Notes: a model not told the origin generated them from the sequence alone. DNA of 62,111 nt from an uncultured Desulfobacterales bacterium (GCA_964591925.1 CAZQCK010000002.1:2647-64757), one strand, 5' to 3'; positions 36,543 through 48,565 are shown, counted from the stretch's first letter. Numbers and translations are program-made.

Positions 36543-37448
36543 ATGAACGTAACCGTGTATCAGACCAACCCCACACTGCTTGATCTTCATGCAAACATGG
36601 AGGACGTCCTTGCACGCATCAAGGAGGGGCGCGAAAACGGATCCTCCCTGATGGTCTTCCCCGAGCTGGCCCTCACCGGGTACTTCGTGGGCAGCCGCTA
36701 TCACGAGGTGTCCCTTCGCCTGGACTCCGAAGAAATCCGCACCATCGCCTCAGCCACCAAAGGGACTGCGGCTGTGGTCGGATTCATCGAGGAGTCTCCG
36801 TCCATGAACTTTTACAACTCCGCGCTCGTGGCCGTGGACGGGGAAATTCTCTTTACCTATCGAAAGCTGAACCTCCCCAACTACGGCGTATTCGAAGAGC
36901 GCAAGTTCTTTTCTTCCGGAAAGCAGGTCCCCGTGTTCAAGCTGCACGATTTCACGGTGTCCGTCCTGATCTGCAACGACCTGTGGCATCCCTCACTTCC
37001 TTACCTGGGGGTCTGCCAGAAGGCGGACATCTTCGTGACGATTTTCAACTCCTCCCAAGGTTCCATGGGTACGGAGTTTTCCAACATCGAGAGTTGGGGG
37101 ATCATCAACAAGTTTTATTCCCGGATCTTCGGCATCTACAATGTCTGTGCAAACCGTGTTGGAGAAGAGTGCCACGAGAACCGAAGAAGGCGTTCCCCTG
37201 AATCGAGAGGGCCTGAGTCCGAAGCCGATTCCGACGAGATTTCCCAATCCTATCGATTCTGGGGGGGGAGTGAAATCATCAATCCCTTCGGCCAGCCCAT
37301 GGTACGCGCGGCCCTCTACGAACCGGACACCATCTCCGCGGTGCTCTCGAGGGATCTTCTTCGCCGAAAAAAGATCCTTCTTCCCTACCTTAGAAACGAC
37401 GACCCCTACTTCACCCACCGCGAGCTCCAGCGTATTCTCTACGGCTGA
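36543..37448 (+). CDS. carbon-nitrogen hydrolase (nitrilase superfamily)
   Basis: 301 aa with an E-K-C triad context (MVFPELALTGY, YRKLNLPNYG, VLICNDLWH). The start is at MNVTVYQ (aaggggg RBS), 32 nt after the upstream stop. Confidence 0.85.
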   Translation: MNVTVYQTNPTLLDLHANMEDVLARIKEGRENGSSLMVFPELALTGYFVGSRYHEVSLRLDSEEIRTIASATKGTAAVVGFIEESPSMNFYNSALVAVDGEILFTYRKLNLPNYGVFEERKFFSSGKQVPVFKLHDFTVSVLICNDLWHPSLPYLGVCQKADIFVTIFNSSQGSMGTEFSNIESWGIINKFYSRIFGIYNVCANRVGEECHENRRRRSPESRGPESEADSDEISQSYRFWGGSEIINPFGQPMVRAALYEPDTISAVLSRDLLRRKKILLPYLRNDDPYFTHRELQRILYG

Positions 37449-37522
37449 CCCGGAAGTAAGGAAGACCCACCGCGGAGGGATTCCCTATACCCATCAGACT
37501 TTGCGAAACGTGGCTCTAACCG

Positions 37523-37798
37523 CTACTCCACCACACCCTCCTTGAGCGCCACGGGCGAGGGCACAGGAACAGGCGAGCACCGGTCCTTGAAGGGGTTGTA
37601 CATCAACCGGTAAGACATACCCCGGTTCCCCTCTTCATCCATGTGATCCCAGCCGCGCACGAAATAGCGCCCGTCCATAAACGAATTTTGGGCACTGCTA
37701 AGTTTCCAATTCAGAAAGGAGGATTTTTTGGAACCTCGCTGATCGACGATGAGATTGGCAAAAAAGACCCTTTCCGGATGGAAACGAAATAGGGGCAC
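37523..37798 (-). CDS. hypothetical protein (orphan, 91 aa)
   Basis: The only ORF with normal amino-acid composition in a lower-GC gap. I recognise no family, and coding status is uncertain. Confidence 0.3.
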   Translation of the reverse strand: MPLFRFHPERVFFANLIVDQRGSKKSSFLNWKLSSAQNSFMDGRYFVRGWDHMDEEGNRGMSYRLMYNPFKDRCSPVPVPSPVALKEGVVE

Positions 37799-37982
37799 GC
37801 ATCATTGAAGCATCCGGCGTCTGTGTCAACTCCATGCTCCTTTCCGTTGATTCGAACCCGTTCACCGGTGTATAAGGGCGGAAACGACACGCACCGGCAC
37901 GGCTTACGCCTCGGCCGGCCGGCTGAGCGCTGAAAGCAACCACATTTTGTGCAGTCCATTCATGGGAAGGGAGGTCGACACC

Positions 37983-38387
37983 ATGGAACCGGGAACCGAC
38001 TTGAAGAACTATTTCGAGGAGACACAGGGGATGGGGGTTCTCTCCACTGCGGATGCCGGGGGGCATGTGGATGCAGCCGTTTTCTCACGCCCCCACGTGC
38101 TGTCCGAAGACGAGGTGGCCTTCATCATGCCTGACCGTCTGACCCACCACAACCTCCAATCCAACCCTCACGCGGCGTTCCTGTTTCGCGAGGACGGTCC
38201 GGGGTACCGGGGGGTCCGGCTCTTTCTCACCCGGCTTCGAGAGGAGAAAAACAGCGATCTGCTCAAGAGCCTGCGACGCGGCCCCCATGCCCACGAACAA
38301 GGCGATGCATCGAATCCGAGATTTCTCGTGGTGTTCCGCGTCGATCGAATCCTGCCCCTCGTGGGCCCGGGGGAGCCGGATCAATGA
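37983..38387 (+). CDS. pyridoxamine 5'-phosphate oxidase-like FMN-binding split-barrel protein
   Basis: 134 aa starting at MEPGTDLKNYF (gggaaggga RBS). The pattern GVLSTADAGGHVDAAVF...HHNLQSNPHAAFLF is typical of the PNPOx-like family. Confidence 0.65.
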   Translation: MEPGTDLKNYFEETQGMGVLSTADAGGHVDAAVFSRPHVLSEDEVAFIMPDRLTHHNLQSNPHAAFLFREDGPGYRGVRLFLTRLREEKNSDLLKSLRRGPHAHEQGDASNPRFLVVFRVDRILPLVGPGEPDQ

Positions 38388-38484
38388 ACGACCGCACGGA
38401 TTCGAACACCTGAGGACCGGAGGCGTCGAAGCCTCGCCGGGGATGACGCCGGTGTGAATCATGGACCTCGTCTCCCGTCCCGCA

Positions 38485-40569
38485 CTATTGCTCGTGATTC
38501 GACAGCACCCGCTTAAGGGCGATGCCTATACTCTCCAGGGTATAGGGCTTCTTGACGTATTCACCGGCCCCCAGGCTTTGAGCCTCCCGCACCCGCTCGT
38601 TTTCTGCAAACCCGCTGGCGATCACTGCCTTTTGGCCCGGGCGCATTCGGCGAACCTCCCGGTAAGTGTCCAGGCCGTCCATGCCCGGGTCCATAATCAT
38701 GTCGAGCACGAGCACATCAGCCTCATGTTCCTGCAAGTAGGCCAAGGCGTCCTCTCCGCTCGAGGCGGTTTCCACGACATAGTTCAACCTTTGGAGCATT
38801 CGGGTGGCAATATCCCGCTGGCCCTCCACGTCGTCAACCACGAGCACGCGCTGCCCTTCTCCCATGAAATCCGTCACCGACAAACGCGCCCGCCGCTGGA
38901 CCACGGGCCCCCTCGTGATGGGGAAGTAGAGCTCGAAAGTGGTCCCCTTTCCTTCACGGCTCATAACATCGATATATCCGTGATGGTCCTGGACCGTCCC
39001 CCAGACCACGGCCATGCCGAGACCAGTGCCGCTCCGTCCCATGACCTTCTTCGTGTAAAACGGCTCGAAAATTCTCTTGAGGTCTTCCTCAGCGATACCC
39101 ACCCCCTCATCCCTGACCCCGAGAACGACGTACTCCCCTTCACGAACATTTTCGTATCCTTTAACCGCCCTGTCAACGTAGCGATTCGTCGTGTAAATCT
39201 CGACACATCCGCCGGCCGGTTGTGATTCAGCGGCATTGGAGACCAGATTCATCAAGGTCTTTCGAAGATGGACCGGAGAGCCCTGGATGTTCAAGAGCTT
39301 CCCGCTCAGCCTGGTCTCGATTTTCACCTCGAGGTGATAGCGTACAAGCTTGTCGTGCTCCGGAGAGAGCAGATAGTTGTCGATCACCTCGTTCAGATTC
39401 AAGGCCTCGGTGTTGGTGACCCCTCGACGGGCCAGGGTGAGGAGATCCTGCACAATTGCCGCCGCCTTCTGGCCGGAATCCTGAATGGTGAGAATGGGCT
39501 TTCTGAAGGGGCTTTCCTCCGGCAGCTCCAACAACAGGAGATCGGGATAGCTAACGATTCCGGAAAGAACATTATTCAAGTCATGGGCCACCCCCCCCGC
39601 CAGAAGACCAAGGGCCTCCATTTTCTGAGATCGGGCGAGTTTTTCCTCCAGGTCGATTTTTTCCTTCTCCGCCTGCTTCCGCTCGTTGATCTCCCGATGG
39701 AGCTGCTCGTTGCTCTCCTGAAGCTCGGACGTGCGCGCCTCTACCCTGTCTTCGAGCCGGGTGTTCAAGGTCTCCAGCTCACGGTTGGATTCCTCCAAGC
39801 GGGACGCATAGGCGTCTTTCGCCGCAATGGCGTCTGTGAGCGCAATGTGCTGCCCCTTCAACCGCGTAGACATGTCATTGAAATCGGATGCCATTTCACC
39901 TATTTCGTCGCTCATGGTCAGCTCCACCTGCTGGCCCAGGTGCCCTCCATGCACCTTTCGTATGGCGTCCCGAAGTATGGAAGCAGGCCGGATCACGGAT
40001 CGTGAAAGAAACAGGTTCAGGAGCAGGGTCATGATGAAGAGGGTGCTGAGCAACAGGCTCCCAAAAAAGGCGAGGGTTATGGTGGACTCCCGTTTCATGT
40101 CAGCCAGGTCGTAATACATACGCAGGTATCCGATCTTCTCGCCGATCACTTGAATCAAAGTGGCGTACTCGACGAACGATCCGCCTTGCATCTTTCGGAT
40201 CTCGAACACCGAAGCGTTGCTGATGGCTCTTCTTTGCGCCGGGGTGAGAAACTCCGTTGCGGAGTCGTCTGTGGAGAGAAGGCATTGTCCGTCCAGATCA
40301 TACACGCTCAGAATGGCGATCCCCTTCACCTGCTGCATGTCTTGAAGGGTGCGCTTCAAGGCGAGAGGCTGATTGGCGAAAATCTCGTTGGCGAGCTCGT
40401 CTCGCTTCTGTTGAAACACCGTATCCAGAAGCACCTCGATCTCCTCGAAACGGGCGTTTCGCCTGTTGATCTCGAACGGATACAACAAGCTCCAGAAAAT
40501 GACGACGATAATAGCGCACGTCACCAGGATCGCAGCATTGATTTTGAATCGAAGGCTCTTGTTCAGCAT
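38485..40569 (-). CDS. hybrid sensor histidine kinase/response regulator
   Basis: TM helix, periplasmic sensor region, second TM helix, HAMP domain, coiled coil, HisKA (LAGGVAHDLNN), HATPase (NLVSNAAES, DEGVGI, GTGLGM) and a C-terminal REC domain (VLVVDD...LVLDMIMPGMDG). I set the start at Met15 (MLNKSLRF). Confidence 0.85.
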   Translation of the reverse strand: MLNKSLRFKINAAILVTCAIIVVIFWSLLYPFEINRRNARFEEIEVLLDTVFQQKRDELANEIFANQPLALKRTLQDMQQVKGIAILSVYDLDGQCLLSTDDSATEFLTPAQRRAISNASVFEIRKMQGGSFVEYATLIQVIGEKIGYLRMYYDLADMKRESTITLAFFGSLLLSTLFIMTLLLNLFLSRSVIRPASILRDAIRKVHGGHLGQQVELTMSDEIGEMASDFNDMSTRLKGQHIALTDAIAAKDAYASRLEESNRELETLNTRLEDRVEARTSELQESNEQLHREINERKQAEKEKIDLEEKLARSQKMEALGLLAGGVAHDLNNVLSGIVSYPDLLLLELPEESPFRKPILTIQDSGQKAAAIVQDLLTLARRGVTNTEALNLNEVIDNYLLSPEHDKLVRYHLEVKIETRLSGKLLNIQGSPVHLRKTLMNLVSNAAESQPAGGCVEIYTTNRYVDRAVKGYENVREGEYVVLGVRDEGVGIAEEDLKRIFEPFYTKKVMGRSGTGLGMAVVWGTVQDHHGYIDVMSREGKGTTFELYFPITRGPVVQRRARLSVTDFMGEGQRVLVVDDVEGQRDIATRMLQRLNYVVETASSGEDALAYLQEHEADVLVLDMIMDPGMDGLDTYREVRRMRPGQKAVIASGFAENERVREAQSLGAGEYVKKPYTLESIGIALKRVLSNHEQ

Positions 40570-40683
40570 GGTCAAAAAAGCCCCGGCTGGTGTTCCGGCA
40601 CCTCCCTTCACTGTCGAAACGGATTTGCCTTGACCTGATTTCAGGCTTGATTATTCCCGGCGCTCTTTGCAGGAAAGAAAGGC

Positions 40684-41868
40684 TCACGGCGCCACAGAAT
40701 GGCCAAGGACGCTTCCCTCCTTATCGAACCGTAGAATGATGGCCTCCTTGCCCTGGGGATCGCCCATCTCGTCGAAGCCTATGGTCCCGGTCGCCCCCTG
40801 AAACCCCCGGGTCTCTCTGAGGGCCTTCAGTACACGGGCCCGGTCCGTGCTTCCCGCACGCTCAACCGCGTGCACAAAGAGCAGGACCGCGTCATAGGTC
40901 AGCGGTATGCGCATATCGGTGATCCGTGCCTGCCCAAAACGCTCATGGTACAACCGCTTCAACACCCGGTTCCGTTCAAAGGGCAGGTCCGAATGGTAGT
41001 GAGTCGAATGATAGGCCCCCAAGACCGCATCCCCCGCGTACTTGCGCATACTCTCCCCCCACCCGTCTCCGCCCAGAAAGGTGGTGTCGACCCCCATCTT
41101 CACCGCCTGCTGCACCAGAAGCCCGCTGTCCCGAGCATAACCGGGAATGAAAAGCACGTCCGCATGTATTTTCCGGACGTGGACCAGCACATCTTCGAAG
41201 TTCACGGCTTTCCCCGTGTACGATCCTTCCCACACCACCTCGCCTCCCCTCTCCTCGAACGACCGGCGGAACATGTCGGCCAGGGTGATGGAGTAAGTCT
41301 CATGCATGTTCTTCAACACCACGGCGGTCCGCGCACCGAGCTGTTCAAAGGCGAAGCGGGCCATCACCCGCCCTTGAAAGCTGTCACTGTTGCAAATGCG
41401 GAACACGCAGTCACCGATCCGTGTGATTTGGGGCTTGGTGGCGGTAGGCGTGATCATGGGAATGCGGGCCTCCTGCAAAACAGCTGCGGTGGAGAGGGCG
41501 TGCGAGCTCCAGAGAGGGCCGATCACCCCCGCCACACCGGACTGCACCGCTTGTTCCGCTGCACCTTTCGAGCCGAGCGGCGTGCTCTGGTTGTCAATGA
41601 TGAGCAGCTCCAAAGGGTGTCCTAAAACACCGCCCGAACGGTTGATCTCATCGGCGGCCAATCTTGCCGCTCCCACAGCGGGCTGATTGTCCTCCGAAGC
41701 GATACCCGTCCTTGCAAGAATAAGGGCGATCCGGACGGGATCTTCAGCAAAGGCCGGAAAAGCCGGAAACAGCGTACCTGCAATCAAAGACAAACAGAGA
41801 ACCGGCAGGAGAAATCCCCGCCTTCTGCGCGTAGCGATCATGGTCCCTTTTCCCCTGGCATGACTCAT
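40684..41868 (-). CDS. periplasmic binding protein, LivK/branched-chain amino acid type (type 1 PBP)
   Basis: 394 aa with a signal peptide and PBP1 motifs (GVAGVIGPLWSS, FIPGYARDSG, GATGTIGFDEMGD). Confidence 0.85.
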   Translation of the reverse strand: MSHARGKGTMIATRRRRGFLLPVLCLSLIAGTLFPAFPAFAEDPVRIALILARTGIASEDNQPAVGAARLAADEINRSGGVLGHPLELLIIDNQSTPLGSKGAAEQAVQSGVAGVIGPLWSSHALSTAAVLQEARIPMITPTATKPQITRIGDCVFRICNSDSFQGRVMARFAFEQLGARTAVVLKNMHETYSITLADMFRRSFEERGGEVVWEGSYTGKAVNFEDVLVHVRKIHADVLFIPGYARDSGLLVQQAVKMGVDTTFLGGDGWGESMRKYAGDAVLGAYHSTHYHSDLPFERNRVLKRLYHERFGQARITDMRIPLTYDAVLLFVHAVERAGSTDRARVLKALRETRGFQGATGTIGFDEMGDPQGKEAIILRFDKEGSVLGHSVAP

Positions 41869-41875
41869 CCCAGCC

Positions 41876-43036
41876 TCAATTCAGGTTTTGGTCGTTCAGA
41901 CCGACCGTCTTGAGATATTCCGGCGACCCGTTGGAAACCTCCATGATGACCGCGTCCTTGATGGGGTCGCCGTGGGCGTCGAAGCTGATGGGGCCGGTCA
42001 CGCCCTCAAACCCTCGAGTACCGGCCAGGGCCCGACGCAAGGCCTGCCTGTCCACCGATCCCGCACGCTTCAAGGAGTCCACGATCAGCATTATCGCGTC
42101 AAAGGCCAGGGCCTCGGCCGCGGTCAATGAGTCGAACCCGGATCCCCCCGCCTCCACCCGGTGAGCCAGATCCACAAACCGTTGGGAGGCCTTTGTGGTT
42201 GCATCCTCGTTCCAGTGCGTGCAGTGAAATCCCTTCTTCAGGAACCGTCCTCCCCGCTCCGGAAAACTCTCGCCCACCCAGCCGTCTCCTCCCAGGAAAA
42301 CGCTGGAAACGCCCGCCTCGAGGGCTGCTTGAATAATCGCCCCGCTCTCGTCATGCCCCGGAATGAACACGATCTCAGGACGGGACCGCTGGAGCTCAAC
42401 CGCAATCTTGCGAAAGCTCTCCTGGGAATGCTTGTAGCCCGGTTCCCGCAGCACCCGCCCGCCTCCGGTTTCGAAATTCCGGCGGAACTCCTCGGCCAGA
42501 CCAAGGCTGTAATCGCTGGACAGGTCCTTGAGGATCACGGCGGTCTCCGCCCCCAGATCCTCCAGGGCGAATCGGGCCATGACCCGCCCTTGAAACGGAT
42601 CTGTGAAGCAGACTCGAAAAACGCAATCCCCGATTCGAGTCACAGCGGGATGTGTGGACATATTGGTTACCATGGGAATGGAATGCTTCTGCGCCACCCT
42701 CGCCACGGCCAGGGAATGAGAGCTCCAGGCCGCCCCCATAATGGCCGCGACCCCCATTTCAACCGCCTTGTCCGCAGCCACCTTGGAGCCGATAGGGGTA
42801 CTCGAATTGTCGATTTCCACCAGCACGAGGGGGCGTCCCAGGACCCCTCCCGATCGGTTCACCTCCTGAACGGCCAGACGGGCGCCCTGCAGGGAGGGGG
42901 CGTTGGAAGCCGCCGCAGGCCCGGTAATGGAGAAAATTGCGGCAATGCGAACGGGCTCCTCGGCCGAGCCGGCTGAGGGATGTGGAATACCGAGGACCAA
43001 GGCCAGGATGAAACCAGCCGCCCGTGTTTTCTTCAT
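41876..43036 (-). CDS. periplasmic binding protein, LivK type (paralog)
   Basis: Collinear with the downstream paralog (GVAAIMGAAWSS, FIPGHDESGA, GVTGPISFDAHGD). The start is Met25 of the track ORF (MKKTRAAGFILAL) with a gggaggag RBS. Confidence 0.85.
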   Translation of the reverse strand: MKKTRAAGFILALVLGIPHPSAGSAEEPVRIAAIFSITGPAAASNAPSLQGARLAVQEVNRSGGVLGRPLVLVEIDNSSTPIGSKVAADKAVEMGVAAIMGAAWSSHSLAVARVAQKHSIPMVTNMSTHPAVTRIGDCVFRVCFTDPFQGRVMARFALEDLGAETAVILKDLSSDYSLGLAEEFRRNFETGGGRVLREPGYKHSQESFRKIAVELQRSRPEIVFIPGHDESGAIIQAALEAGVSSVFLGGDGWVGESFPERGGRFLKKGFHCTHWNEDATTKASQRFVDLAHRVEAGGSGFDSLTAAEALAFDAIMLIVDSLKRAGSVDRQALRRALAGTRGFEGVTGPISFDAHGDPIKDAVIMEVSNGSPEYLKTVGLNDQNLN

Positions 43037-43126
43037 GGGTCTCCTCCCGCCGGATCGGCAGCAGGCCGCCCGCAGAATAGACGTCCGGGTTCGATTTGAA
43101 ACGTTCAATTCACGTTGGATAGAAAA

Positions 43127-43141
43127 GCAATAGTTATGCCA
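43127..43141 (-). promoter_or_regulatory. sigma-54 promoter candidate for the PBP-PBP-kinase operon
   Basis: The minus strand reads TGGCAT-aacta-TTGC, with GG and GC at the canonical spacing. It lies ~90 nt upstream of the 43036 start. Confidence 0.6.
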
Positions 43142-43248
43142 ATGCCTGGAATACCGGAAATAGCGGAGAAAACGGGGACAGTGCGCCTGATGGAGAAAAA
43201 ATAATCGTCAAAAAACCAACAAGGCTTGCCTGCATTGCGTCGCAGAAT

Positions 43249-46292
<3,044 letters not shown>

Positions 46293-46335
46293 TCACCCCC
46301 TTTTATGCAATGGGATATACGGAACTCTGACGAAA

Positions 46336-46412
46336 TCGTAAAAACTGTATTCTCTCGCAAAGACGCCAAGACGCTAAGAAAAGATCTTGTGATATCAACA
46401 TCAATCAGTTCA
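46336..46412. repeat. palindromic repeat element, left arm + loop only
   Basis: tcgtaaaaactgtattctctcgcaaagacgccaagacgctaagaaaa is identical to the 58236 copy. The element breaks off in the loop (atcaatcagttca) exactly at the amt stop codon. Confidence 0.65.
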
Positions 46413-47630
46413 AAGACTGTAACCGGTCTCGTTGTGAAGCACCAGGTCCAGGCCTCTTTCTTCATCCTCCTGCGGAATCCGAATGCCCACGACGAGGTCC
46501 ACTACCTTCAGGATCACCAGGGTCATGACAAAGGCGAACACCATGGTGGCGATCACGGAGACCGACTGAATCCACAGCTGTCCGGGATTTCCGAAAAACA
46601 GCCCGTCCGCCCCGTCAGGGTTCACCGCGGTGCTGGCAAACAGCCCGGTGGCCAATGCACCCCAGGTCCCGCCCAGACCGTGGATTCCGACCACATCCAG
46701 GGAATCGTCATACCCCAGAACCGTCTTCAACAGGACCCCTGCGTAACAGATTCCTCCGGCAAAGCCCCCGATGACCAGGGCGGGCACCACACCCACGAAC
46801 CCGGACGCCGGTGTGATTGCCACAAGTCCGGCCACCGCGCCGCTGGCGACCCCCAGGGTGGTCGGCTTTCCCCGGTGGATCCACTCCAGGGCCATCCACG
46901 AAACGCCTCCTGCAGCCGAGGCCACATGCGTCACCACAAAGGCATTGGCCGCAAGCCCGTTACAGGCCAGAGCGCTTCCTGCATTGAAACCGAACCACCC
47001 GAACCACAGAATCGCCGCTCCGGTCAAGGTCATGGGAAGATTGTGGGGAATGAAGGCCGTGCTTCCGTAGCCGGACCTTCGGCCGATGAACAGGGCGGCC
47101 GCCAGGGCTGAAACACCCGAGCTGATGTGCACCACCGTTCCTCCGGCGAAATCCAGCGCGCCCATGTTGCCGATCCACCCGCCCACGCCCCAGACCCAAT
47201 GACACAGGGGATTGTACACAAAGGTCGCCCAAGCCACGGTGAAGAGAAGGAACGCGCTGAACCGTACCCGCTCGGCAAACGCTCCGGAAATCAGGGCCGG
47301 CGTGAGGACGGCGAACATACACTGAAACACCATAAAGGCCAGGTGGGGAATGCTGCTCCCATAGTCCGGGCTGGGTGTCATCCCCACTCCGGACAACGCA
47401 AACCAGTCGAGTCCGCCCACAAGCCCGCCGTGGTCCGGACCGAAGGCCATGGAGTATCCCCACAGCACCCATTCCAGTGTTATGACACACAGCACGATAA
47501 AGCTCTGCATCAGGGTTCCCAGCACATTTTTCCTGCGAACCATGCCCCCGTAAAAGAGGGCCAGACCCGGCGTCATGAGCATGACGAGGGCGGCTGACAT
47601 CAATATGAAAACCGTATCCGCTGCGTTCAT
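46410..47630 (-). CDS. amtB: ammonium transporter
   Basis: Amt family (FILMSAALVMLMTPGLALFYGG, DFAGGTVVHISSG, HGLGGTWGALATG). The start is Met17 of the track ORF (aaagggagg RBS). The upstream 16 codons overlap the sigma-54 promoter. Confidence 0.9.
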   Translation of the reverse strand: MNAADTVFILMSAALVMLMTPGLALFYGGMVRRKNVLGTLMQSFIVLCVITLEWVLWGYSMAFGPDHGGLVGGLDWFALSGVGMTPSPDYGSSIPHLAFMVFQCMFAVLTPALISGAFAERVRFSAFLLFTVAWATFVYNPLCHWVWGVGGWIGNMGALDFAGGTVVHISSGVSALAAALFIGRRSGYGSTAFIPHNLPMTLTGAAILWFGWFGFNAGSALACNGLAANAFVVTHVASAAGGVSWMALEWIHRGKPTTLGVASGAVAGLVAITPASGFVGVVPALVIGGFAGGICYAGVLLKTVLGYDDSLDVVGIHGLGGTWGALATGLFASTAVNPDGADGLFFGNPGQLWIQSVSVIATMVFAFVMTLVILKVVDLVVGIRIPQEDEERGLDLVLHNETGYSL

Positions 47631-47667
47631 GAAAACCTCCCTTTCCTTGGATGTGCCCGCTTCCTTC

Positions 47668-47682
47668 GCAAGGCGCATGCCA
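47668..47682 (-). promoter_or_regulatory. sigma-54 promoter candidate for amt-glnK-glnD
   Basis: The minus strand reads TGGCAT-gcgcc-TTGC. The -12 GC lies ~38 nt upstream of the 47630 start codon. Confidence 0.65.
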
Positions 47683-47933
47683 GAACAAACAGATCCGTTT
47701 TTCTATGTATTATCAATGCATTAAGCCTAAGACCATCGCCAGGGGGCTTTTCCGCCGCCCCTGCAAAAGACAAAAACGTATAGCAAAACAGCCAATGCGA
47801 CAAAATTGGCGAAGCGGTCTTTGCGGCTTGGCGAGATAGTTTGACCTGAATTGCGAAGTCATCAAAATGGGTGGGGTTGTAAAAGTCCGGGATCCGGCAA
47901 TGTGCCGCGGACCGGATGCTGCGGGAAATCCCG

Positions 47934-47963
47934 TTGACAGGGCCGGCGGACAACGCCTAGTAT
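47934..47963 (+). promoter_or_regulatory. sigma-70-type promoter candidate upstream of the second PII gene
   Basis: TTGACA (47934-47939), an 18-nt spacer, then TAGTAT (47958-47963). It would give a ~230-nt leader. Confidence 0.3.
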
Positions 47964-48160
47964 ACAAACCGACGAACCCAAGACGCAGCATTGCCCCTCT
48001 TGGCCGGCGATCAAAGGCTCAGGGCCTGAACGACCGGAAAAGGCTGACCGGGTCATCACCGGCCCCTGCTTCATGCCGCCGCGCACACCCCGCACCACGC
48101 CGTGCAACAGGGCCGGGGAGTTCGATCGGCACTGCGCCCGGGGGTCCTCCCGAAGAATAG

Positions 48161-48538
<378 letters not shown>

Positions 48539-48565
48539 TTACCCCTCAGAAGCCACAACAAGGCC

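Noticed and set aside
37849-37859. A second gattcgaaccc tRNA-like T-loop string in the intergenic region
   Set aside because: The flanking bases do not form a T-stem, and no cloverleaf is possible on either strand.
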